A stretch of 27,033 nucleotides of DNA from Caulobacterales bacterium (GTDB lineage Bacteria > Pseudomonadota > Alphaproteobacteria > Caulobacterales > Aquidulcibacteraceae), in contig JBEVOS010000329.1 of the NCBI GenBank assembly GCA_040507435.1, positions 1-27,033 on the forward strand, read 5' to 3'. The notes under the pieces were generated by a model. The model ran no database searches. It saw only the letters and a list, made by a program, of their open reading frames with translations, and was not told the DNA's origin. Below, in pieces: positions 1 through 8,530 of this stretch. A program made the position numbers and the translations under genes. How positions within the stretch are numbered: position 1 is the first letter of the stretch; each line of letters begins with the position of its first letter.

Positions 1-2
1 AG

Positions 3-179
3 GACGATGAGAAACATCCTCGTAAAATGGTGATGAATGCGTTTCGCCGCCGCGGCTGGCCTGTCAACAAAACGCAAGGCGTATATGTCCGCTACTTCTC
101 GAATGGATATCCGACGCGTCTGGGCGAGATTTCGGCGGAACCATTTGATTGGTTTGATAAAGTCGAGAAGTATGCCTGA
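3..179 (+). CDS. C-terminal fragment (58 aa, 5' end outside the window) of a probable metallo-beta-lactamase-fold / ComEC-like hydrolase
   Basis: Frame 3 is open from base 3 to TGA 177-179: DDEKHPRKMVMNAFRRRGWPVNKTQGVYVRYFSNGYPTRLGEISAEPFDWFDKVEKYA*. It is absent from the ORF track and overlaps the next ATG (172) by 8 bp. The KHP-x4-NAFxRRG tail resembles, from memory, accessory MBL-fold hydrolases; the catalytic HxHxDH motif is not in the window. Confidence 0.55.
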   Translation, partial: DDEKHPRKMVMNAFRRRGWPVNKTQGVYVRYFSNGYPTRLGEISAEPFDWFDKVEKYA

Positions 180-906
180 CTTTGCTAAGCTTTTTGACAG
201 CTACAATCGTCAGGCTCGCCTGTATCCATCGCTAATCGCAATTTTGCCAGCGCTTATCGTCGTGCTTTTAATTTTGCCTACGGTTTTCTCCGGAAATATT
301 GGAGCAGTATTTCTTGGCATAATCGGTTCAACTGGGTTGCTATTTTACATTGCAGAAGCAGGACGCTCTTTGGGAAAGCGTGCTGAGACTGAATTGCTGG
401 TGAAATGGGGCGGTTGGCCAACAACAATTTGGCTGCGGCACGAAAGCGAGTTTTTATCACGGACCACAAGGGGGCGATATCTCGCTAAATTAGGCGAACG
501 AATTCCGAACCTGCAGTTTCCAACGCCTGAATCTGAGCGCCACAATCCACGAGCTGCCGACGAACTCTACGCCTCAGCTGTTGACTGGCTCAAAGAGCAA
601 GCCAGAGGCCCTAAGTACCGCCTAGTTGCCGTTGAAAATGCTGCCTATGGCTTCCGGCGCAATCTCTTTGGTCTAAAAGCTATCGGGGTTCTAATTTCGG
701 TCGTGGCGATACTTTCGATCGCTGCTCTAATTGTCTTTAGTTGGCCTAAGGTTGGATGGGAGCAACAAAATGCAATTCAAGTCGTCGCAGGCATTGCCGT
801 GGTATTTATCCTGCTTGCGTGGCTTTGGCTTGTAAATGAAGACTGGGTTAGACAGGCGGCGGATGCCTATGCGAGAGCGCTTCTCGCATGTTGCGAGAAT
901 ATTTAG
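172..906 (+). CDS. Hypothetical membrane protein, about 4 TM helices, 244 aa
   Basis: Track ORF 37..906; ATG 172 is preferred because it couples to the upstream stop. Hydrophobic segments LYPSLIAILPALIVVLLIL, IGAVFLGIIGSTGLLFYI, IGVLISVVAILSIAALIVF and IQVVAGIAVVFILLAWLWL flank a soluble loop (KWGGWPTT...ENAAYGFRRNL). GC is low. Confidence 0.8.
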   Translation: MPDFAKLFDSYNRQARLYPSLIAILPALIVVLLILPTVFSGNIGAVFLGIIGSTGLLFYIAEAGRSLGKRAETELLVKWGGWPTTIWLRHESEFLSRTTRGRYLAKLGERIPNLQFPTPESERHNPRAADELYASAVDWLKEQARGPKYRLVAVENAAYGFRRNLFGLKAIGVLISVVAILSIAALIVFSWPKVGWEQQNAIQVVAGIAVVFILLAWLWLVNEDWVRQAADAYARALLACCENI

Positions 907-912
907 CGCCAT

Positions 913-1848
913 CTACTCAAACAGCACGGACACACTCTGCTCCGTCGCGATCCGCTGGATCGCATCGCCCATCAGCGCCGCGACCGAGATCACATGCACC
1001 TTCTTCGACGCTAGCGCTTTATCGCTCGGTTGAATTGAATCGGTGACGACCAATTCCTTCAACCCGCTTTTCTCGATCCGCTCGACCGCGCCGTTCGACA
1101 ACACGCCATGCGTTGAATAGGCCGAGACAGACTTCGCGCGCGCGCTCATCAGCGCGTCGGCCGCGTTGCACAGCGTTCCGCCGCCATCGATGATGTCGTC
1201 GATCAGCAGGCAGCGCCGTCCTTCGACATCGCCGATAATGTTCATCACTTCAGAGACGCCCGCTTTCTCGCGCCGCTTGTCGACGATGGCGAGATCGGCG
1301 CCGAGCCGGTTCGCCAGCGCGCGGGCGCGCACCACGCCGCCAACGTCCGGCGAGACGATCATGAGATCGGACGGGTCGCCGAACCGCTCGCGCACATCCG
1401 CCTCGATGACGGGCGTGGCGAACATGTTGTCGGTCGGGATGTCGAAAAAGCCCTGGATCTGCCCGGCGTGGAGTTCGAGCGTCAGCACCCGGTCGGCGCC
1501 CGCTTTCTCAATGAGATTGGCGACGAGCTTGGCCGAGATCGGCGTGCGCCCGCCGACTTTCCGGTCCTGCCGGCCATAGCCGTAATAGGGGATGACCGCC
1601 GTGATGCGCTTGGCGGAAGCCCGCACCAGCGCGTCGATCCCGATCAGCAACTCCATCAAATGGTCGTTCGCGGGATAGGAGGTCGATTGAATGATGAAAA
1701 CGTCCTGACCGCGGACGTTCTCCGCGATGCGGACGAAAATCTCGTTATCTTTGAAGCGTCTAAACTCGGCTTCGGCGAGCGGCGTGTCGAGGTGGGCGGC
1801 GATGGCGCGCGCCAGCTGCTGGTTGGCGTTCCCGCTAATCAGTTTCAT
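913..1848 (-). CDS. prs: Ribose-phosphate pyrophosphokinase
   Basis: MKLISGNAN start, [50 protein letters not shown]-binding [12 protein letters not shown]; SD GAGGGG upstream. Confidence 0.98.
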   Translation of the reverse strand: MKLISGNANQQLARAIAAHLDTPLAEAEFRRFKDNEIFVRIAENVRGQDVFIIQSTSYPANDHLMELLIGIDALVRASAKRITAVIPYYGYGRQDRKVGGRTPISAKLVANLIEKAGADRVLTLELHAGQIQGFFDIPTDNMFATPVIEADVRERFGDPSDLMIVSPDVGGVVRARALANRLGADLAIVDKRREKAGVSEVMNIIGDVEGRRCLLIDDIIDGGGTLCNAADALMSARAKSVSAYSTHGVLSNGAVERIEKSGLKELVVTDSIQPSDKALASKKVHVISVAALMGDAIQRIATEQSVSVLFE

Positions 1849-1975
1849 CGGCCCGCCCCTCGTGGTTGCGCGTTCCGTCTATCCCATCGCGAGAGTCGTG
1901 CAACCGCATCGTGACACTAATGTTGCGGCGCATTGTCTGCCGCGCCGGAGCGTGGCGTTTGCGCAACGAATGCGC

Positions 1976-2779
1976 TTAAGCGAGAACGATCGCCGCGCAA
2001 TTGCGTCCGTAATCGCCCTCGCTTCTCAGCACGGCGCGGCGGTTGGAGAAGAAATCCTCCGCCTCGGCGCAGGTATCGTTCGGAAGAACGCCGATCTTTG
2101 AGACGCCATGCTCCCGCAGCCGATGCGCGCAATAGCCAGGCAGGTTGAACTGATACCGGTCGCCCGCGCCGGGAGCGAAATAAAAGACGTTGGCGGAATC
2201 GTCCGCGAGGAAGCGGTCCCGGAATTCGGGGCCGACTTCGTAGCTCGCCTGCTGGATCGTGGGGCCGATGGCGCAGGATATGTCCGGGAGGCGCGCCCCG
2301 GCGCGGACCATCTCGTCGAGCGCCGCTTCGATCACCCCGCCGAGCGCGCCTTTCCAGCCCGCATGCGCCGCCCCGATCACCCCGGCTTTCGCGTCGTGAA
2401 AAAGGATCGGCGCGCAATCGGCCGTGAGGATCGAGAGCGCGATCCCCGGCTCGGTCGTCACCATCGCGTCGGCCTCAACGCCAGCGCTGGAGAGGTTGGC
2501 GTCGATCCGCACCGCCTTTGCCGAATGCACCTGGTAGAGCCCGGCGAGTTTATCCAGCGCAACGCCCATGCCCGCCGCGATCCGCGCGCGATTGGCGGCG
2601 ACGTGCGCGGCGTCGTCCTTCGAGCCGCGCCCCGCGTTGAGGCTCGCATAGATGCCGCTGGACACGCCGCCGCGCCGCCCGAAAAAGCCGTGCCGCGCGC
2701 CAATGAGCGGCGAGAAAAACGCTGGCGGCGCTTCGCCTAGAAGCCGGCCGGCGGCGGAAGATTGGGGCTTGAAAGACAT
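1976..2779 (-). CDS. pgeF: Peptidoglycan editing factor PgeF / YfiH-family purine nucleoside phosphorylase
   Basis: RHGFFGRRGGVS, QVHS, LTADCAPIL, AAHAGWKGA, AIGPTI, YEVG, FFSNRR; typical position between the methyltransferase and prs. Confidence 0.95.
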   Translation of the reverse strand: MSFKPQSSAAGRLLGEAPPAFFSPLIGARHGFFGRRGGVSSGIYASLNAGRGSKDDAAHVAANRARIAAGMGVALDKLAGLYQVHSAKAVRIDANLSSAGVEADAMVTTEPGIALSILTADCAPILFHDAKAGVIGAAHAGWKGALGGVIEAALDEMVRAGARLPDISCAIGPTIQQASYEVGPEFRDRFLADDSANVFYFAPGAGDRYQFNLPGYCAHRLREHGVSKIGVLPNDTCAEAEDFFSNRRAVLRSEGDYGRNCAAIVLA

Positions 2780-3813
2780 GTCGCTTTAAATAGGTCGCCC
2801 ATCTGATCGGGCGCGGTCAAACGCTGATAATCACGCCCAAGCTGCTCCGTGATCTCAGGGTGCTGCTGCGCCAGCGCATGGGTGCGTTGATCGAGCCCGA
2901 GCGCGCGCAGGAAATCGCGCTGCGGAATCGCATCCGCCACCGCGAGTCCGGACGCGCGCGCAAGGCGTTTGATCGCGCCGAAATCGACATGCGCCGTGAG
3001 ATCCGCGATGCCGATATCGTCGAGCACATAGGATTTTTCGTGCGCGCGCATCGCTTGCAGCGTGTCGCCCGCGCCGTCGCCGCCATAATCGATGATGAGC
3101 GCGCGCGAGGGCGCGGCGTGAAAACGCGCGGCGATCAGATCGATCCACGTGGGCAGGGCAGGTGCGATCTCCGCGATGGCGCCGTCTTCGGCATCCGCCA
3201 GCGTGGGTGGAATGATGGCCGCGCTGAGCAGCGCGATGTCGCTTGCAAGGCCGAAAGTGAGTTCGCCTTCGTCGTCGCGGCCAAGCAGCCGTTCACGCCA
3301 TTGCCCGTCGCGCCGCACGAATTGCCGGATCGGCAGGCAATCGAAAAACTCATTCGCAACGATGATCGAAGGGCCGGCGGGAATATCTTCAAACCGTTCG
3401 TGCCATGTCGCTTTCGCGCCAACGTTTGCGAGTGACGCGCTCTGCTTGCGCCTCAGCCCTTCGCCGATCTCAAGCATGTGAATGCGTGCGGCTTTACGAA
3501 ACGCGGGCGACAGCTTCGCAGCGCGCCACGCATCGCTCATCAGAACGCCGTTGCCCGGACCGAGCTCGATAAGGTTGAAGGGATCAGGCTTTCCAATCTG
3601 CTCCCACTCATGCACGCACCAAAGCCCGATCAACTCGCCGAACATCTGCGAAATTTCCGGCGACGTCGTGAAATCGCCCGTGCCGCCAATATCGGCGTTG
3701 CGGGCATAATAGCCGCCCTCCGGATCATAGAGCGCATGCGTCATGAATTGCGCCACACTCATCGGCCCGTCGATCGCGATCTGTGCAATGAGGCGCTGCT
3801 GAAGCGTTGTCAC
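2737..3813 (-). CDS. SAM-dependent methyltransferase, MidA/NDUFAF7 family
   Basis: GYY...GDFTTSPEISQMFGELIG, LIELGPGNGVLM, ANEFFDCLP, LIIDYG, ADLTAHVDF, RLTAPDQMGDLFK; start overlaps the lgt stop. Confidence 0.95.
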   Translation of the reverse strand: MTTLQQRLIAQIAIDGPMSVAQFMTHALYDPEGGYYARNADIGGTGDFTTSPEISQMFGELIGLWCVHEWEQIGKPDPFNLIELGPGNGVLMSDAWRAAKLSPAFRKAARIHMLEIGEGLRRKQSASLANVGAKATWHERFEDIPAGPSIIVANEFFDCLPIRQFVRRDGQWRERLLGRDDEGELTFGLASDIALLSAAIIPPTLADAEDGAIAEIAPALPTWIDLIAARFHAAPSRALIIDYGGDGAGDTLQAMRAHEKSYVLDDIGIADLTAHVDFGAIKRLARASGLAVADAIPQRDFLRALGLDQRTHALAQQHPEITEQLGRDYQRLTAPDQMGDLFKATCLSSPNLPPPAGF

Positions 3814-4691
3814 GCTGCTTTCTCAACGGGCGTCTTCAGCGAACGCGCAATGAGCCATGCGCCTGCGGCGATCATTGGCAGCGAAAGCAACATGCCCATC
3901 GTGACATAGCCCCGCAAAAACTCCGGCATTTGCGCGTCGGGCTCGCGAACCAGCTCAACAAGCGCGCGGAACAAGCCATACCCCGCAAGAAAAATGCCTG
4001 TATTCATCCAAGGCCGCTTCAATGAATCGAAGCGATGCGTCGCAATGAAGATGAGCGCAAACAGCACGATCCCTTCAAGCGCCGCTTCGTAAAGCTGGCT
4101 TGGATGTCGTGGCTCTGGCCCGCCCGATGGAAACGCCATCGCCCACGGCGCATCGCTTGGCCGGCCCCACAATTCTCCGTTCACGAAATTCGCGACGCGC
4201 CCGAAGAATAAGCCGATGGGCACGCAGCCCGCGACGATATCGGAAACAGAAGAAAGCGGCGCTTTCTTTTCCCGGCAGAAATAGAGCGTTGCGAGCACGA
4301 CGCCGATAAAGCCGCCGTGAAAGCTCATGCCGCCTTCCCAGATTTTCAGGATCGTGAGCGGATCGTCCGCGATCAGCGCGCGCGAAGCAGGATCGGGCAG
4401 CATGTAAAACAACACGTAGCCGAGCCGCCCGCCAACGATGACGCCAAGCGTCGCCCAAAAGAGAAAGTCGTCCGTGTCGGCGGCCGTGATCGGCGCGGCC
4501 CCAGGCGTCCACAAGCTCTGCTTGCGGATGAGATAAACCATGTACCGCCAACCCAAGACGAGCCCGGCGATGTAAGCGAGCGCGTACCAGCGCAGCAGGA
4601 ACGGCCCCAATTCCACGCTGCCGAGCGTGAACGGGCCAAGCCGCAGCGCGACCGGATCAAGATTCGGAAATTGCAGAACCGCTTCGATCAT
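3810..4691 (-). CDS. lgt: Prolipoprotein diacylglyceryl transferase
   Basis: RWYALAY, GGRLGYVLFY, WEGGMSFHGG, GRVANFVNGELWGR, RHPSQLYEA, ELVREPD, MGMLLSLPM. Confidence 0.98.
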   Translation of the reverse strand: MIEAVLQFPNLDPVALRLGPFTLGSVELGPFLLRWYALAYIAGLVLGWRYMVYLIRKQSLWTPGAAPITAADTDDFLFWATLGVIVGGRLGYVLFYMLPDPASRALIADDPLTILKIWEGGMSFHGGFIGVVLATLYFCREKKAPLSSVSDIVAGCVPIGLFFGRVANFVNGELWGRPSDAPWAMAFPSGGPEPRHPSQLYEAALEGIVLFALIFIATHRFDSLKRPWMNTGIFLAGYGLFRALVELVREPDAQMPEFLRGYVTMGMLLSLPMIAAGAWLIARSLKTPVEKAA

Positions 4692-4802
4692 GCCGCGCTC
4701 TTATCCTGTTTCCGTGACGCGCCAAACTCCCGGAATCCCAGTGCAGCCCCATGCAGGGGAGCGCCGTTGCGCCGTCCCCCGCATCTCCCTAAGTGTTAAG
4801 GC

Positions 4803-5051
4803 ATGACGCAAAGCACAGTTCTCGACGATTTCGCCAAGCTGATGACCGGCGCGATGGGCATGGCCCAGGGCGTTGGCGATGAGGCCAAAAGCTTCATGCG
4901 CTCGCAGGCCGATCGCTTCGTGGCCGAAATGGACCTCGTCTCCCGCGAAGAGTTCGAAGTGGTCAAAGAATTGGCTGAGAAGGCGAAGGCTGAGGCGGAT
5001 TCGCTTCGTGAGCGAGTGGCGCTGCTCGAAGCTGCGCTTAAAGCTCGATAA
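4803..5051 (+). CDS. ubiK: Accessory factor UbiK (BMFP/YqiC) family coiled-coil protein
   Basis: 82 aa with LDDFAKLMT..A.G.AQG and MDLVSREEFEVVK, then a coiled-coil tail; divergent from lgt. Confidence 0.85.
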   Translation: MTQSTVLDDFAKLMTGAMGMAQGVGDEAKSFMRSQADRFVAEMDLVSREEFEVVKELAEKAKAEADSLRERVALLEAALKAR

Positions 5052-5202
5052 CGGCGTTAAGAAGATTGAGACCTTTTCCGTTCGAACCTAGCTTCGCTTT
5101 GGGGAACGATTCGATCACGCAGCTCAAGCGTGGCCCAAGGGAGGTCAGGACGGCGCTCGCCGGAAGACCGGCGCGCGCTCTGGCCACAGAGGGGGCGCAT
5201 TG

Positions 5203-5706
5203 ATGTCACTGTACTATACCGACGGCGAAGAGAACGTAACCGATCCGATGGATCTGGTCGAAAGCGTTGTGGCTTCAGATGACCGCTTCTCCGTCGAGCG
5301 GGCCGAGGACGGCGACGTCCAATTCTATTTCAAAGGCGTGTGGACCGAAGCCGCGGGCTACTTCTCGTATCGGGATGAATTGCCGGCGCTGCTCTTCACG
5401 CTTGGCTTCGATCTCCAAGCGACCGACGCGAACATTCTCAACACGATGAAACTCGCGGCGATGATCAATGAAAACCTCTGGCTCGGGCATTTCGATGTCT
5501 GGTCGGACGATGGCTCGATCGTGTTCCGCCATTCCGCACCGATGATTGGCCGCGAGGAAATTTCTCCCGGTGAGGTGCAAGCGCTTCTCGCGGCGGCCCT
5601 CGATGCGGCAGATCGCTTCTATCCCGCATTCAAATTCGTGATTGAAGGCGTCTCGCCGGAAAAAGCGGTAGAAGCGGCGATGTTCGAGGTCGCGGGCGAG
5701 GCGTAA
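5203..5706 (+). CDS. YbjN-domain protein
   Basis: DPMDLVE, INENLWLGHFDVW, ADRFYPAF resemble the alphaproteobacterial YbjN-like gene before proC; ATG 5203 follows an AGAGGGGG SD. Confidence 0.85.
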   Translation: MSLYYTDGEENVTDPMDLVESVVASDDRFSVERAEDGDVQFYFKGVWTEAAGYFSYRDELPALLFTLGFDLQATDANILNTMKLAAMINENLWLGHFDVWSDDGSIVFRHSAPMIGREEISPGEVQALLAAALDAADRFYPAFKFVIEGVSPEKAVEAAMFEVAGEA

Positions 5707-5732
5707 TCGCCCCTGGAAGAAAGATTGAGCGT

Positions 5733-6554
5733 ATGAGCGGGAAAGACTCCCCATCGGTCGCGCTTGTTGGCGCGGGCGCAATGGGCGGCGCACTCGTACG
5801 CGGTTGGATCGAAGCTGTGCGCAAGGGCGGTGGGCTGACGCTCACTGTTCTTGAGCCGCGCTTCGATCAGGCATTGCAGGAAGCGCTCGAAGCTGTCGGC
5901 GCCGTCCTCAATCCCCCAGCGCCTGGCCCGGCCGATGTTGTTGTGCTCGCGGTGAAGCCGCAGCAATTCCTGGCGACGATCAACGACGTCAAACAATTCA
6001 TCGGCGAAAATACTTTGGTGCTGTCCGTCATGGCGGGCGTAACGCTCGGAACGCTGACGCGGGAATTGGGCGTTGAGCGTGCGATCCGCGCCATGCCAAA
6101 CACGCCGGGCCAGATTGGGCAGGGCGTCACCGCCTATGTCGCCGCAGGCGCTTGCACTGCGGAAGATCGCGCCCTTGCAGAACAATTGCTGACGCCGCTC
6201 GGCAGCGTTGAGCCTCTGCCTGCGGAGCGCTTGATGGATGTGGTGACGGCTGTGTCCGGCTCCGGTCCGGCATACGTGTTTTTGCTCGCGGAAGTGCTCG
6301 CGCGCGCAGGCGAACTTGAGGGCCTCGATCCCGACGTGGCGCTGCGCCTTGCGGAGCGCACTGTCGCGGGCGCCGGCGCGTTGATGCTGCAAACGGGCAC
6401 GCCGCCATCCGTTCTGCGCAAGCAGGTCACCTCGCCGGGCGGCACGACAGAAGCTGCCCTCGACGTGTTGGCTGCTGGCGATGGTCTTGGCCCGCTCATG
6501 CGCAAAGCGGTGAACGCCGCCGCGCAACGCTCTCGCGATCTCGGTAAAAGCTAG
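5733..6554 (+). CDS. proC: Pyrroline-5-carboxylate reductase
   Basis: LVGAGAMGGAL, VLAVKPQ, SVMAGV, RAMPNTP, VTAVSGSGPAYVF, VTSPGGTTEAAL. Confidence 0.98.
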   Translation: MSGKDSPSVALVGAGAMGGALVRGWIEAVRKGGGLTLTVLEPRFDQALQEALEAVGAVLNPPAPGPADVVVLAVKPQQFLATINDVKQFIGENTLVLSVMAGVTLGTLTRELGVERAIRAMPNTPGQIGQGVTAYVAAGACTAEDRALAEQLLTPLGSVEPLPAERLMDVVTAVSGSGPAYVFLLAEVLARAGELEGLDPDVALRLAERTVAGAGALMLQTGTPPSVLRKQVTSPGGTTEAALDVLAAGDGLGPLMRKAVNAAAQRSRDLGKS

Positions 6555-6607
6555 CTCACCTCGCGCGAAGGCTCGTATAATGCGGGCCGCCACGAACGGA
6601 GAAAGCT

Positions 6608-7213
6608 GTGAGCCTCGATTCCGCCATCCGCCGCGATCTCGCCCGCGCCGCGCTGACACTCGCCGCAACGAAGCCATGGTCGCAGATCACGCTCGTTGAT
6701 CTCGCGCACGCGTCTGCACGGCCGGTATCTGATTTTTACGGCGCAACGCTCGCGGACGCTGTCGATTGCGCCGAGGAGGCGTTCGACCGCGCGATCTCCG
6801 AAGGCTTGGAGAAACTCGACAATACGCAAAGCGTACGCGATCGCCTGTTCGATCTCATCATGAAGCGTTTCGAAGCGATGGAGCCGCATCGCGAAGCTGT
6901 GCTCGCGATGGAAGCGGGCGCCGACCGCGATCCCTTGGCAATGAGCGCAGGCCATAACAGAAGCGTGCGCTGCGCGCGGTGGGTGCTCACGCTGGCGGGG
7001 CTGGAGGCCGATCACATGACGGGCCAAGCGCGCGCGCAAGGCCTCGGCGTCATCATTGGTCAAGCGCGCGCGGCCTGGCGCACTGATACGGACGGCGATT
7101 TCGCGAAGACGATGGCGAGCCTCGATAAAAATCTACGCCGCGCCGAGGAAATGTTTGGCCGTTGGGCGGGCTTCGATCCCAAACCAAAAGCCGAAACGCC
7201 GCCCGCAACGTAA
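6608..7213 (+). CDS. TetR-like transcriptional regulator
   Basis: GTG start; N-terminal helices (AALTLAATKPWSQITLVDLAHAS) and SVRDRLFDLIMKRFEAM, typical of the TetR-like gene after proC in Alphaproteobacteria. Confidence 0.75.
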   Translation: MSLDSAIRRDLARAALTLAATKPWSQITLVDLAHASARPVSDFYGATLADAVDCAEEAFDRAISEGLEKLDNTQSVRDRLFDLIMKRFEAMEPHREAVLAMEAGADRDPLAMSAGHNRSVRCARWVLTLAGLEADHMTGQARAQGLGVIIGQARAAWRTDTDGDFAKTMASLDKNLRRAEEMFGRWAGFDPKPKAETPPAT

Positions 7214-7216
7214 ACG

Positions 7217-7690
7217 CTAAGCCTTCTTTTCCAGCATCTCCGTGAGGCGCGCGACGGCGGCGGTGAGCTGCGCGATTTCAGTCTCACGCAGCAAATCCAC
7301 TTTGTGATGCAGCGTTTCGATTTCGAGCTCGGCCTTTTGGTTGACTTCGAAATCCAGCACGCCGCGCCGCCGGTCGACCTCCGATTGCCGGTTCTGGCTC
7401 ATCATGATGATCGGCGCGGTATAGGCCGCCTGAAACGACAGCATCAGATTGAGCAGGATGAACGGAAACGGATCGAGCGGATGCGCGGCGCTGGCGTTGT
7501 AAACGAGCCATCCGATGAGCAGCACGCTCTGCGTAATCACAAAGCCCCATGAGCCGACATGGCTCGCGATCCAATCGGCGGCCTGCTGTGCGAAACTGTC
7601 GGGCTTCTGCACGACGATCGGCTTTTGGTGGCGGCGTAGGCGCGCGCGTTCGCGCAGGGCTTTAAGAGCGTCGAGTTCGGCTTGGTTCAT
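7217..7690 (-). CDS. DUF1003-family membrane protein
   Basis: ADWIASHVGSWGF, DPFPFILLNLMLSFQAAYTAPIIMMSQNRQ, NQKAELEI; GGAGG SD 5 nt before the ATG. Confidence 0.92.
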   Translation of the reverse strand: MNQAELDALKALRERARLRRHQKPIVVQKPDSFAQQAADWIASHVGSWGFVITQSVLLIGWLVYNASAAHPLDPFPFILLNLMLSFQAAYTAPIIMMSQNRQSEVDRRRGVLDFEVNQKAELEIETLHHKVDLLRETEIAQLTAAVARLTEMLEKKA

Positions 7691-7735
7691 ATGGGCCTCC
7701 GGTGTGGAGGCTTAGCGCAGTTTGCGGCGAGGCGG

Positions 7736-8530
7736 CTAATCCTGCGGCCAGGGATAGCGGTAGACGAGTTCGACATGGCGCGCATGCACGGCTTCCGCGA
7801 GCGGATCGTTCTGGTCCGATAAAAACGCGTGCTTTTGAAAGTAGCCTTTGCCCGGTAATCCCGTCTCTTCCGAAACGACAAGCGCGCACAGCGGCGGCGC
7901 GCGCGCAATGCGGTCTTGCTCCGCGATTTTATCGAGCGCGCCCCACAAAGTCGGCTGCACCAGCGTTGAGATCGGAATGCGTTCCGCTTCGGCCGCCGCG
8001 CGAAGTGCGTTCTCGGCTTCCTTGTAAGTGAACGGCGCTTCCTGCGCGCGCGCTTTCGCGACGAGGAGGCGGCGCAAGATCGCGACCATTACCGGATCTT
8101 GCCCGCCCGCCCACGCAAGCGAACGCATCGCGAGACTGGGCTCCCCGATGTTCTTGCCGAGCGCGCGCATCACGGCGAGCCAGCCTTCGTGATCCAGCTT
8201 GCCGTCCCAATCGCATAGATCGGCGGCGTGAACGCGCGCGAATTCCTCGGGTAGGGCGGTTTTGGTCAGAAACGCGATGATGAGACAGCTGCGCGCAAGC
8301 CCGATGCGCATCTCTTCCAAAACCCACGCGCTCCTCAGCGCTTCCGGCGTAACGCACGCAAGAATCGCTTTTGCAGCAATCGCTTCTTGCCTCAGCGTCT
8401 CGTCGAAATATTCGCCGGGCAGAATATGCGCGTCGAACCAAACATCCGCGCCAAGATCGGCGAGCGCGGACGCAATCGCTTCAACACGCGGCCGCTCCTG
8501 GCGTTTGTAGGAGATGAAGACGTCGGGCAT
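7736..8530 (-). CDS. TIR-domain protein with a C-terminal putative winged-helix-like domain
   Basis: TIR box DVFISYKRQE...VWFDAHILPGE, with Glu in SAWVLEEM at the catalytic position. C-terminal LLVAKAR...FTYKEA...ALDKIAEQD...PPLCALVVSEETGLPGKGYF domain. ATG abuts the GIY-YIG stop. Confidence 0.85.
   Translation of the reverse strand: MPDVFISYKRQERPRVEAIASALADLGADVWFDAHILPGEYFDETLRQEAIAAKAILACVTPEALRSAWVLEEMRIGLARSCLIIAFLTKTALPEEFARVHAADLCDWDGKLDHEGWLAVMRALGKNIGEPSLAMRSLAWAGGQDPVMVAILRRLLVAKARAQEAPFTYKEAENALRAAAEAERIPISTLVQPTLWGALDKIAEQDRIARAPPLCALVVSEETGLPGKGYFQKHAFLSDQNDPLAEAVHARHVELVYRYPWPQD

Noticed and set aside
37-171. Track's longer N-terminus for the 4-TM protein
   Set aside because: It overlaps the better-supported frame-3 coding fragment; ATG 172 gives normal coupling.
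900-915. Integrase attachment site at the prs 3' end
   Set aside because: No integrase or direct repeat is visible, and the other island boundary is outside the window.
6576-6581. TATAAT hexamer before the TetR-like gene
   Set aside because: No credible -35 or extended -10; insufficient for a promoter call.
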